The translations under genes were made by a program, and so were the position numbers. Below, one piece after another: positions 51,440-64,000 of a DNA stretch of 64,000 bases. The stretch is from the human T2T-CHM13v2.0 reference genome, Homo sapiens. The notes beneath the pieces are model-generated. The model was not told the origin of the DNA, did no database searches, and saw nothing but the letters and a program-made list of their open reading frames with translations. Within the stretch, counting starts at the first letter, position 1, and each line of letters starts with the position of its first letter. The stretch lies in NCBI RefSeq assembly GCF_009914755.1, contig NC_060933.1, one strand, 5' to 3'.

Positions 51440-51757
51440 TTTTTTTGGTTTTGTTTGTTTGTTTTTGAGACAGAGTCTCACTCTGCTGTCCAAGCTGGAG
51501 TGCAAAGGCTTGGTCACAGCTCATTATAGCCTCTACCTACTGGCCTTAAGTGATCCTCCCACCCTAGCCTCCTGAGTAGCTGGGACTACAGGCACATGCC
51601 ACCATGCCCAGCTAATTTTTTTTTCTTTTTGGAGAGATGTGGGTCTCGGGTCTTGCTTTGCTGCCCAGGCTGTTCTCAAACTCCTGGGCTCAAGCAATTC
51701 TCCCACCTTGGCCTCCCAAAGTGCTGAGACTATAGGTGTGATACACTCTGCTCTGCC
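51440..51757 (-). mobile_element. AluJ
   Basis: (TTTG)n tail; GAGACAGAGTCTCACTCTG..CTCCTGGGCTCAAGCAATTC; AATTTTTA repeated on both flanks. Confidence 0.92.
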
Positions 51758-54700
51758 AATTTTTAAGTTTTTATAACCTACATAATCCTTTCAATTGAAA
51801 GATATTAGACAGTTTATCTTACAAAGCAAAATATATATATATATTCTCCAGGACATCGTCATATGAAGACACTACACTTCTCCTCCTCTTGATAGGACTG
51901 CCAATGATCTCATGTGGTCACATTTAGTGTATCATCCCTTGAAATTCTCTTCTTAGACTTTGGTACAACTGCTTTCCGTTCCTTCTTCAACTTCTTCAAT
52001 TTTTTCCTTACCTCTTTAGATATTCCTTAAAAGCTTGAGTTACCAGGGCCCTCTGCAGTGTCCTTCTCTTCTTCTCTCTCTCTATTTCTTTCTGTTTCTC
52101 TCCTTAGGAAATCTCATATACAAACCTGACTTTAATTGCCATGTATATTCTTATGATTTCCAGATTCAAACCAGACGTTTTTGGGGAATTTTTGTTTTTG
52201 AGCTCTGGACTTATATTCTGTTTATTATCAGTGGTTATCTTTGTGTCCTGTGAAGGACATCATTCTCATTTTAATACTTGCTCTTTAGTCATAAATGGAT
52301 TTTTACTCCTAATATGTGGAATAGGGTCAATAATATAAAGTCAAAGGGCTGGTTCTTTGATGATAAGACATGTGTGGATACATCGTCAGGGACTCTGATG
52401 ACTCCAACTGTTGCTTTGTTTGTCCTTGACTTATAGTTTCTATGGAATTGAAAAAATGCTGTTCATAATCTCTCCTCATTTATTCACTGGTCAATGAAAA
52501 CATGTAATTCAATGAAACCTCTAACAGATAATGAGCAAGATTGACAAGGATTGGAAGTTAAAACAGTAAATGGCTAAACTGCTACTTTAGGGGGAACAAA
52601 CTGAGAGACAGATTCCTAGCATTTCCTTTGACTGGGATGGGGTAACTTTTCCTGTTGACAAAGACAGGTCAGTCTGAAATGTCAAATTAAGACTTTAGAA
52701 AGAAAGACGCGAAGCTTGTTTGTGTATGTTTACGTGCGTCCATGTGTATGTGTGTGGTTGTTTGTGTTAAGCCTTGAAATCGACCTTGCAGATTATTTCA
52801 GTGATAACCCTGTCAATACGCTTGCTCAAACTAAATTTTCTTGACTCATTTCTCTTTTCTCCACCCATTGATCAATTTTGTTTGCCATTTCTAAATTTTC
52901 CATATCCGGTGGGTCAATTTTAACTATAAAATATCTGGTAAGTCTCTCTTGCACGCTCTGTTCCCATTCCTAAATCCTTACAGAGCATATACATTAGTCT
53001 TTGTATATGACATTAAAAACAATTCATTACTCTACATCAGGACTCCAGGTGCCTTCCTCTGTGACCCATAACACATTGTTGACAGGGTAAATTCTCTTAT
53101 AATACAATTCTTATTATGTTACTGCTCTATACATCCACTTTTGGCCAACCATTACCACCAAGCTTCAAAGATAGTCTCTTGTATCCTTTGTAGGATACAT
53201 GAGGTTTATTTTGAGAGCAATGTCTCTGTGTCCATTGATTCTTCAGCAAACAGTTGCAGTGTCCATCACTCTCTCACTATCGTTTACTTTAGTCTATGAT
53301 AAAAATGCTTTCTCTTCCTGAGACATAGCGTACCTTTCACAGCCCTATGCCTGTGCACACGCTGCTATCCCCACCTAAACTAACTTTTCCTTGTCTACTT
53401 TACATCCATGTATTCAGTTTTCATAATTCAAGTCAAACATGAATAATTATGCACAGCCTTTATTTTGACTGGCACTACAATTCTGAATGTATGATATGAA
53501 AACAAAAGTGCTGTTAGTCCTGGTATCTGTTTATAGAGAATATAATTAAATTTAGATAAAATGAAATAGACTTTAAAGCATATTCTTCATAATTACAACT
53601 ATTGAGGTAAGTCAATTGAATTGCATTTATAAAGCATCTTACGTGAGTATGTATAAATAGAAGAATTATAAAAAATTGTCCCCTCTTCCCTCAAACGCAT
53701 AAACAGAACTTCTTCTACATGAGGGAGAACTTGTCCAGTATCCTAATCAAATTTTAAATGCAGTCATTTCAAAGCTTTGTCTTAGGTTTTCAGGTGCAAT
53801 CATTAAGAGGAGTCTAAGGAACCATTATACTTTTTCTAGGCAGAGATAGACAGGGAAAAAGAGAGGAACTAATTATGAAGTAGTGCATTTTATTAATGTC
53901 ACTGTGGAAAAGGCAACTCTGCATTTTCCACAGTGCAATTAATAAATTATATTGCAATTATCAGGCATATAGAAAGATTTATTTTTATCAGCATAGGTTA
54001 ACCAAATCTCAACCTACAAGGAGAAAAAAAAAATGTTTTAAGGACCAAGAGAATGAAGTGACAGTTAGCTGGTCAAGAGGGCATGCACATACATTGTGTG
54101 AGTAATGAAGCTGTCAAAATGGAGAGCTCAAGCCTAGTGTACAACTACTTAGATCCATCTGCTTGCTATCGCTGAAAATGTTATCACAATGCAACATAAA
54201 ATTTAAGAAATGCCACTAACCTGACTTTCATGTGAAATTTCTGATTTTTAAACCTCTATTTGATTCTTTAGAATCATATGAGATTAAATAAAACAATCTT
54301 GAAGTTCATAATTGGACTTTTTTGCACTCTGGTTTAGACTGCAGCATCTCTAATAATTAGTTTTTATTTTTGAGATTTGTGTGTTTGTGTGTGTGTGTGT
54401 TATATTGTATGTAAAGATGTGGTTTAATAATTACCAGCTAAATACTTAAAAAAATAAAGGGACCCATGTGACAATCAGAAAACAAAATAAATGTCTACCA
54501 CTCATGCTATATCTTTGTCCTGCTTAGACTTCCATGTGAAACTTTGTATATCAAATATCCCTCTGGAGCCCTCTGGAGCCCTCTGGGATATTTATTCTAG
54601 ACTGAAAATCCCTTAGCTTTGGTTAATACACCCTGTAGAATGAAGAATCTGTGTGGCTACTTGTATGTATAGTTACCTGAAAAGTAGGGCATAGGAGGGA

Positions 54701-57351
54701 AGTTAAGAACAGGAGTATTTCTATAAGAGAAAAAAAATCAATGAAGATAGCTCCATTATACTAAGGAGAGAAATGCTGCGACCAAAGAATTTCAAACAAT
54801 GGTTAGCACAGTATCTGTGGCCCATTCAGAGTAAGGAAGAGTACTCAACTCCCAAATTAAACAATAAAGAAGCATTTTTTCCCCTCACTTTCTAAAATCT
54901 GTTTGAGCAAACACTCTCCTTAAGGGGAAAAGGGAAAGCTGACCCTTGATTTATATTTAGATTTCTATTGCCTTTGAAATGATACATGATAGATACAATA
55001 ATTCATATTGATCCTGTAGATAAATATAAATTTTATGTTATCTTGGGTCATAATCAGGCTTGGGTGACAAAACAAAACAGAAAAACATAAATTTGAATAA
55101 TTCTGATGTCTTAGAAATTAGAGTGAAAATATAAAGAATTACACAATACAAAGTTCACAGTCCTGATGTTTTAAAAATATTGCAATGTGCCTCACAACTA
55201 GTTCAAACTCAACTAAAATAATATTTACTCAAATGTAGGACAATGAATTTTACAATCCCAAATTAAGTTACCATCCTCTCCAAGCTGTGAAAATACCTAA
55301 AAGTTAACTCATTACTTCTAGCATTTGTTGGCAAAATTACTAATTAATAATGTGAGAAAATTTAATGAATTTGATACATTTTCTATGTCAAAAGAATAGC
55401 CATATCTTCCAGCAAAAGTTGCTTTGGATTTTTGTAAGATGAATCAGTTTTGCAAGAAGAGGTAGCAAGAGTGAGCCAGCTAAAAGTGCTATAGAGTTTA
55501 ATGTGTTTTCCTTTATCTTTAGTGCCTTTATTCCTAAGGGGAACATTGTTCAAATAAAGCAGGATGTACTTTCTCATTCCAGGAGCAAAAAAAGTACTCA
55601 TATTAAAAAGATGAAAGTGGAATGTTCTCCCTTTTTACTGCTTGCGGGTGGAGAAAATAACATTTGGCATTTTCTCTTATTTCCCTGCTTGTCTTTGTCA
55701 TTCTGCCAATTTGTTAGTACATAAAGATCAGCTGAAAACAAATTGGCAAAATGCAACCTGGAAGATACATGAAAGGAAACAAAGGTAAGAACTGGTACCA
55801 GTAGAAGTTTTTAAGGCGCTCAGAAAAGAAAACCGGAGTTAGAAAGAAATCAGTTGCCGTGTTCCCTTTTTTCACTTAAATGAGTTGTGTCCAGGATCCC
55901 AAACAGAAACATGAAATAAAATTAAATTTTAAATTAAATGGCACTGCTTCGTGAATCCACTTATTTTTCAGACTTTTTATTGAGTCTTTCACAAACATAT
56001 GGCACTACACACCAATGAAATCAGTCATTCAGTTTCCATTCATCATCCATCCACCCTTCCACCCATCCATCCATCTAGCCATTCAATATCTGCTCAGCAA
56101 ATTGAAAACTTCATTTTAATTTTCAATTTAGTGTTAGAATGAAATCTGAGAGGTAGTTTTTAGAAAGTAGGTAATTATTTAAAGGGAAGCCTGTGAAGAG
56201 ACCAAGATTTCAACGTCTTTTCCACAGTGAAACTTTGGGTGGGTTCCTGTCTCTTTAGTAAGATTCATTAATATCTTCAGCTCTGGAGTTTTAACTGAGC
56301 CTTGCTAAAGTTTATGGGAATAGTTAAATTTCTAATTAGATGTCTAATTAGATATTTATTTTATAGAAAATAAAATGTCAATACTGATGGTAATTTTAAG
56401 AATAAGTTTATGAATGATTGAGATCTAAAAGTATGTTTTCTCTTTTTATTGTTCATTTTTCAAATCCTTTTTCTTGATTTAATGATCATTCTATCTTAAA
56501 TATTAAGCAGTACTGGATTTGGCCATTTTTCCCTGCAACCTCCTACATTTTATGTTCCTTAGAGCAACCATTGCTATAATATCTGAGAAATGATATTTTG
56601 TAGCTGTGTATTTGAAAATATTTAACAAACTATGCTGGAAATAGTGGATGGTTTGTTTTTGTTTTGTTTAATTTTCTGCTGCCTGTTTGTTTTATAAGTA
56701 ACATGAGATTTTGAAGCTGAAAGGGATCTTTTAGCTAATTTGATTCCCACACTAATTTTATAGATGATCAAAGTTAGCCACCAAAAAGGAAAATTTGATC
56801 CTATCGGTCACTGAGTATTTTACTGGAAAAATTAGGGCTAACCAGAACTTAAAAAAAATATATCTACCACACTCTTGGTTTTCTTTGGAAAATATAATCC
56901 TCTTCAAAGAGAAGTAAGGCAAAAGTTTAAAGTTTTCTTTCCTTATTCCCTCTAATTCTGGTCTATGGTTGTGTTTACGGTTAATTTGCCCATTCATTTG
57001 AAAATTCATTTTTTCTGTCAGGTTTAGCTTGGCTTTCTACTGAAGTTCTTACAAATGAGGCACAAGTAAAAAAACCGTCCTATAAAGTGCTTTTGCTAAA
57101 ATTGACTTAAATTGGAAAATTTGGTAAACGGGTTAATGGATAAACCACCCAATTGGTGGGTAAGAAGTCAAATCCGAGGCTCACACCCAAACATGTGACT
57201 TCTGTGTGTTGCTTTCCTAACTAAATAAAAATATTGTAATAGAACATCTATATATTATCTTGTAGGTCACAAATCTTGTATTCTCTGAGAATCGACACAA
57301 ATATGAGTCACTGCTCTTGAAAACATAACACTTTATAAAATAAGATTTATG

Positions 57352-57495
57352 AGCCAGGCACAGTGGTATGTGCCTGTAATCCCAGTTACTCAGGAGGCTG
57401 AGGCAGAAGGATCATTTAAGCCCAGAAGTTTGAGAGCAGCCTGGGCAACACAGTGAGACCCTGTCTCAGATAAATAAATAAGTAGATAAATAAAT
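57352..57495 (+). mobile_element. FLAM (free left Alu monomer)
   Basis: GCCAGGCACAGTGG..GAGGCTGAGGCAGAAGGATC..CAGCCTGGGCAACACAGTGAGACCCTGTCTC + (TAAA)n tail; monomer only. Confidence 0.85.
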
Positions 57496-59186
57496 GAAAA
57501 GACCTAGCTGTCATGCCAAAATAATAATCTATATTTTTCCTAATTATCAAAGTAAAGAAAAATAAATTCAACAAATGATTAATATTAGTAAAATTTTGGA
57601 GTAAGAGAAGACTCCTTTTACTATAGCATTTATTCAAATCCATATTTATGGTTTACTCATAAAGATTTGTCAGCTATAAGAATTTTTTTATTATGCTTAA
57701 GATTCACAATTTAAGGAAAGAATGCATAGAAGCATAGAAATGCTACCATTGTTCTTCAACAGACTAAGGCACAAAAGCCAGAAATTCCAATAAAAAATGT
57801 AAATATGCTTTTTATGTAAATACTGAAAATTGAGAAAAATTGAAAAATAAAATTTGGTTTGAAATAATTGTAGCAAGTATCGAAGTAATGTGATTAGTTT
57901 ATTGTTGTTCAAATCTGAATTTCAAAATCATGTGACCAATTTCCTATGAATAAAAAGGAAACAGAGAAAAGGAGAAAAATTATATAGAAAGGGGTTGAAC
58001 ATTATATAGGAGGGGTTGAACATTTAAGGTGTTAATTTTAGTCATTGTTTGTCATTTGTTCCATTCATGCCTTCCACATGGAAAAATACTTATTTATCAG
58101 AAAAAAATACCATGATTTAAACTACTAATAATTAAGTACTTACATTAATGCTATTTTCCTGTTTCAAAACCCTAGTTAATTTTATAGGACAATAAATAAT
58201 CTTTCTCTGAATAGAAAGCAGCAATGATTATACACACTCAGGTGTAAATAATCACACAGCAATGGTGTTATTATAAATTATGATGAGAAAATTATAAAAA
58301 TATTTTGATTTATCAAAGGACTTAAGGAAAAGAGAATAAAAATATTTCCATTTAAATACTTCATGCAATAGTAAAAGCATGCACCACTCAATTAACTTCG
58401 AGATTTCTCCTCCTCACTCTTTAACTCTTTTTGTTAAAACATGAATATTTGCTTTAATGAAACAGTAGTTATGTAAGCAATATACAAAAATTACCACATA
58501 CCTCAAATATATTTGTAAGACAGCACAAAATGTATCATCAAATTTAATTTTATTTCAACTTCAAAATTTTTACTCATTTAGAATAAATATTTATGATGCA
58601 GGGTTGAAACAATGCTGTTGACATTTTTCCACGTAATAATTTTATACTATGGATTTAACATCAAGAAAGAAACAGCATTGACTACAGTGTTGTCAAATGC
58701 CTAAGAAAGAAGAAACAGGAATAATTTTATTTTGATAGAATCTAAAAATTAGTCTTAATTAAATTTTAATATTTCTCTTTAATAAATTAATCATCACTTC
58801 ACTTTCTACTTATCTTTCTTTTTTAAGTTATTTAAGCTAATTAATTATGTATTATTATTCAACATCATTCATATCACAGTTACTATCTCTGCTTTTAAAA
58901 CATATTGCAAAGCTTCATAGCTTAAAACATTAATTTGTTATGTCCATGGTTTCTGTGGATCTTAATGATGTTTAAGTCTTCACGAAAGGCTTGTGATGAT
59001 TCAACAGCCAGAGGCTGACATTATCTGAATGCTCATTCATTCACCTATCTGGCATCTAGAAAGGGGTGAATCTAAAACTGGAATTGCCAATCAGAGTACC
59101 TACATGTGACTTCTCCACATGGCTTGGCTTACTGACAGCATCAAGCTTCTCATATGGTGGCTCAGGGAAAAAACTACACACATGCA

Positions 59187-59222
59187 TAGACACACTCACA
59201 CACACACACACACACACACACA
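59187..59222. repeat. (CA)n microsatellite
   Basis: About 13 uninterrupted CA units at 59197-59222. Confidence 0.9.
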
Positions 59223-60402
59223 GAGGAAGAAACTACATTGTTTTTTATGAGGCTAGCTCAGAAGTTGTATTCCATTACTTTGGTCATATTCTATTTAGGG
59301 AAGCAGCCATGAGCCTTTCTAGAGTCCAAGGGAGAGGTCACAGGTCCTCAACTTTTGAGCAGAGGAGTGTCTGACAATTGGGACACATGTTTAAAATATC
59401 CAGAGTTTGCTTCCTGAACACAAATTATTTTCATTTTTCCACAGGCATAATACACTCACCATTTTCCTCATATTACTCAAGTTTTGTCCCATTTTAGAAT
59501 CAATTCAAGGTCCAAGATCTTGTCACCTAAATCATGTCCAGGTATAGATAATGCTCCAGAGATACATTACCCCTGTACAATTTCTCTGAATATGAAGACT
59601 CATGAACTGAAAAGAGAAGATACTTTCCATCACACACACACCGTACAATGATACAATAACAGAACACATATAGGACAACTTCATAAATATTGTCATTCAA
59701 AAGGAGAGAAACAAAACATGGCAGGTACACAACAGTTAATGGTCCATAGCAATTGTGAAAGCTAGACAATTACACATCGCCAGTTTCTTGATTAAAACAG
59801 TTCCATTTTGTGAGTGTTGCTCTCCATGGCTCCTGGTTCCACATTTTGGAATCTTGGTTCTGTCCTCTATTTATTCTTTTTCTTTTTCTTTTTTTTCATT
59901 AGAATTGACCACTGTTTGCAACTAAGTAGACTTCTCCATTGACTTTTTGCAAATAAAAGTTAGGGAGGTCAAGAGAGTCTTTTTTTAAAATAAATTTTTC
60001 ATAGTTTCTGCCCCTTTCAGATACAAACTGAAATAAAATTACTTTAAAATCTTTATAGATCTTTTGCGTATCAATTAGCAATTTATATATCTACTCCATT
60101 AGACAAATACCTCTGAGACAAGCCTTTCTGTGTCTTGGAACCTCTGTGAGAAAGCTATTGTTTAACAGAGAAAGTGGGTACAATATGCCGTTAATGTTCT
60201 TAGAAGCCCTTTATCTGTTCAATAGTTTTATGAAGACTGTTTGACTTTATTAGGGTTTTTTGATCATTTCCCAAGTTCAATCTTTATCTCAAAACTTTTT
60301 TTGACATTGCTGTGGATTTGATTTTTGCTCTGAGACCCTTCTTTGAGAATTTTGTTATAGAGAGAATGGAAATGAGAAATCTGTTTTCTAACATAGTCAG
60401 TC

Positions 60403-61911
60403 TGATATGGTTTGGTTCTGTGTCCCCACCCAAATCTCATCCAGAATTGTAATCCCCCAAATCCCCATGTGTCAAGGTAGGGACCTGATAAGAGGTGACT
60501 GGATCACTGTCGTGGTTCCCCCCATGCTGTTCTCATTACAGTGAGTGAATTATCATGAGATCTGATGGTTTTATAAGTGTTTGGTGGTTCTTCCTTTGCA
60601 TACTCCCTCCTCTTGCTGCCTGGTGAAGAAGGCGCCTGCTTCCCCTTCCACCATGAGTGTAAGTTTCCTGAGGCCTCCCCAACCATGAGAAACTGTAAAT
60701 CAATTAAACATCTTTCCTTTATAAATTACACAGTCTCGGGTATGTCCTTATAGCAGTGTGAAAATGGACTAATACAGTAAATTGGTACTGTGGAGAGTTG
60801 GGCACTGCTATAAAGATAAACTGTAAATGTGGAAGGGACTTTGGAATTGGGTGATAGGCAAAGGTTGGAACAGTTTGGAGGGCTCAGAAGAAGACAGGAA
60901 AATGTGTGAAAGTTTGGAACGTGCTAGAGACTTGTTGAATAAGGTTTTGACCAAAATGTTGATAATGATGTGGACAATGAATTCCAGGAAAAGGTGGTCT
61001 CAGATGGAGATGAAGAACTTCTTGGGAACAGGAGCAAAGATCACTCTTGCTATGCTTTAGCAAAGAGACTGGTGGGATTTTGCCCCTGACCTAGAGATCT
61101 GTGGAACTTTGAACTTCAGAGAGATTTAGGATATCTCATGGAAGAAATTTCTGAACAGCAAAGCATTCAAGACATGACAGAGCATAAAAGTTTGGAAAAT
61201 TTGCAGCCTGATGATGCAACAGAAAAGATTTATTGAATGCCCCACTGGATTTCAGACTTGCATGGATTCTATAACCCCTTTGTTTTGGCCAATTTCCCCC
61301 ATTTAGAACAGGTGTATTTACCCAATGCCTGTACCTCCATTGCATCTTGCAAGGAACTAAGTTGTTTTTGATTTTACAGGCTCATGGTGAAAGTAACTTG
61401 CCTTGTCTCAGATGAGAGTTTGGACTTTGGACTTTTGGGTTAATGCTGAAATGAGTTAAGACTTTGGGGGACTCTTGGGAAAGTATGATTGTCTTGAAAA
61501 TGTAAAAATGATGTGAGATTTGTGAGGAGCCAGGGGCAGAATGATATGGTTTGGCTCTGTGTTCTCATCAAATCTTAAATTGAATTGTAATCCACATAAT
61601 CCCCACATGTTGAGGGAGGAATCTGGTGGGAGGTGAATGGATTATGTAGGTGGTTTCCCCCATACTGTTCTCATGATAGTGAGTGAGTTCTCAGGAGATC
61701 TGATGGTTTCATAAGTGTTTGGAAGTTCCTCCTTTATTCACTTCTTCCTCCTGCCAACTTGTGAAAAAAGTGCCTGCTTCCCCTTCTGCCATGATTGTAA
61801 GTTTCCTGAGGCCTCCCCACCATGCAGAACTGAGTCTATTAAACCTCTTTCTTTTATAAATTATTTAGTGTTGGGTATGTCTTTACAGCAGTGTGAAAAA
61901 GAACTAATACA
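60403..61911 (+). mobile_element. THE1D-type MaLR provirus: LTR 60403-60776, shortened internal region, LTR 61542-61911
   Basis: Both LTRs TGATATGGTTTGG..CTAATACA; TGGTAC after 5' LTR; purine tract GAGGAGCCAGGGGCAGAA before 3' LTR; TSD CAGTC/TAGTC. Confidence 0.93.
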
Positions 61912-63193
61912 TAGTCCTACATCCTTTGTTTCCTCAAATTTTGCTTGTGAATCGAAAGGTTCTTTCTATCCATATGATATTATAAGCAGTTTAAAAAATT
62001 AGTTGGCACTTTCCACATTCAGAATGTACTTCTAATCAACTATGTGCATTTGATATATTTTCTCTTTTTCACAACATTGGTGAGTTGTGGCAAACTTTTT
62101 GCCCCTTCTTAATAAGGATTATTTCTTTTTTCAGTTCTCAGAAACAATTTTTCTCCCTGTCTTTGCAGACTTCATCAATAGTTGCATTGAACCTTTTACA
62201 ACTTTCAGTAACAGATTCCTCAAGATCCTTCAAGTTTCAGCCTGGCACCCAGCCCAAAGCCAATGGTAAATTTTTAAGTTTTTATTACAGGAGAACACTA
62301 TGTTCAGGTACCAATTTTTTGTTCTAAGAAACAGAAATTTCTGTTTCATAACAAACCACCCCAAAACTTTGTGGTTTAGTATAAGAATTTTATTATGTTA
62401 ATGGATTCTTCTCAGGTCAGGATTCAGATCAAGCTCAGCAGGGATGACTTGTTTCTATTACACAATTTCTGTGCCCTCAGTTAGGAAGCCACAAAACCTT
62501 AGGATGACTCACATTTCCAGTTCCTGGGTTTAGTGCAGGACATAAGGCCCACTCTAGGAATTTCCAGCTGAAGGAATGGACTACAGAGAATTTGTTGCTA
62601 AAGAATTGGGAGAGAAAAAGTAAGGGGGTTCCAATAGACTTTGAGTTTCTCTACCACACTTTGCTAGCTGTAGTTCAGAGGTCAAAAAAATGCTGCTGCT
62701 GCTACTGCTGCTACCACTATTTCCCCCACTCCCAAAAACCCCAGCATAACTGCTTCCCACCGAGTCTTGAATCCAGAACATGAGATTTTGGGGTAACTTG
62801 CCAATCAGCTGCTACCACTATATGTGTCTGTCCCCCTTCCACCTTTATAATCTCCCAACTGCAAGAGCATCTGGTAAATACATATTTTACATTGTCTAAT
62901 CATTTTAACTAGAAGTAAAAGAGAAAAGTTAATTTCAACTAAAGCAAATCTACAATCAACACTGGGGCTCTCATCTGCTTTCCCTGAAACTGCCTTTCTT
63001 TCTCAGAACATTGAGTTATGCATAAACACTTAATGTTATCCATTTGTAAGACTGAACTACTGTATTCTCAGTACTTCTGAAGATTTTTCATATTTCATTT
63101 ATTGATGGCATCTCTTCTCTCTTCTTTATTTACTAATTTTTAATATCTTACTATTCATTGTATTTTTAACTTGTAAGCTAAAGTGTGCATAAG

Positions 63194-63195
<2 letters not shown>

Positions 63196-63226
<31 letters not shown>
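63196..63226. repeat. (TG)15 microsatellite
   Basis: Uninterrupted TG run. Confidence 0.95.
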
Positions 63227-63228
<2 letters not shown>

Positions 63229-63589
63229 TTGGAATGAGAGAATAACCTTTATTCTTTGTGAACTTTGCTATGTGTACTAGGATTTTCTACCACTTAGATT
63301 TTTTTGTTGTTGCTCTAATCGGACAACATCATAAAATTGTGCTTTTAAAAATTTAAACATTTTACAGAAATATAAAGTAAAAATTCATTCACAATTCAAC
63401 CATAGGCTTAATCAACTAATTTATAGGCTTTATCCTTCTATCATTTTCTATACCAAAATAACCCTATTGTCATGTATGTTTCTTGTGTTGGTGGTGTGAT
63501 GCTTGAAAATATAATAGGGATTAATATGTCAAACCAATTTATAATTTATTATACACAAATGCACCCAGAAAACATGCAGGTAGACACTA

Positions 63590-64000
63590 CAGTAACCCCC
63601 TCCTTAGCTGAGGTTTTATTTTCCACAGTTTCAGTTACCCACATAAACTGCCATCTGAAAATATTAAATGAAAAAATGTTGGAAATAAACAATTCATAAG
63701 TTTTAAATTGTGCAACATTCTGAGTAGTATGATGAAATCTCACACTGTCCCATTGCATCCAAGCCAGGATGTGAACTGTTTCTTTGTCCAGCATATAAGA
63801 CCCTGTCTATGTACTGGCCTGTTAGTCAGTAGCCTTGTAGCTTATCAGTTAAACTGTCATTGTCTCACAGTGCTTGTGTTCAAGCAACACCGATTTTACT
63901 TAATAATGGCCTAACGCCCAAGATTACTGTACCTAATTTATAAATTAAACTTTAATATGGATATGGATATGTAGGAAAAAACATGATATGTATAGAGTTC
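63590..64000. mobile_element. MER44/Tigger7-family DNA transposon (runs off window end)
   Basis: TA|CAGTAACCCCCTCCTTAGC TIR-like start; AAATAAACAATTCATAAGTTTTAAATTGTGC..TGATGAAATCTCAC. Confidence 0.85.

Larger units (their letters stand above)
58870..62525 (-). mobile_element. Ancient MLT1 (H/I/J-like) MaLR with LTR-internal-LTR remnants, split by THE1D
   Basis: LTR-like about 58870-59400 and 62320-62525 (ATAACAAACCACCCCAAAAC..); PBS-like GGTACCAATTT near 62308; internal-like CCCAGCCCAAAGCCAATG; boundaries approximate. Confidence 0.6.

Noticed and set aside
54130-54345. Possible ancient hAT MITE (MER103-like)
   Set aside because: Only one short motif (CTTTCATGTGAAATTTCTGATTTTTAAA) recalled; TIRs not confirmed
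62690-62720. CTG-rich run as an expansion-prone triplet repeat
   Set aside because: Only about 4 pure units, interrupted by CTA

Overview
Primate (most likely human) AT-rich, LINE-dense intergenic or intronic DNA. I recognise no intact protein-coding gene. The recognisable ORFs in the track come from retroelements (L1 ORF1/ORF2, HERV-L gag/dUTPase, Alu, LTRs); the rest look like chance frames. The window is a layered fossil record. Old L2/MIR/L1M and MLT1 elements host a deleted MLT2A/HERV-L provirus, Tigger2/MER44/MER20/MER5/MADE1 DNA transposons, MST/MLT1 solo LTRs, a two-LTR THE1D, several Alus and three large primate L1s (one near full-length, one internally deleted, one 5'-inverted). The most unusual feature is at 32331-32465, inside the 5' region of the old full-length L1. 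It is a circularly permuted, one-revolution copy of 5S rRNA (nt 38-120 joined directly to nt 1-40), antisense to its own poly(A) and bracketed by a short TSD. This is what reverse transcription of a circular 5S RNA, or an end-to-end template jump, would leave. Repeat subfamily names and ancient-repeat boundaries come from recalled consensus sequences and are approximate; no database search was run.
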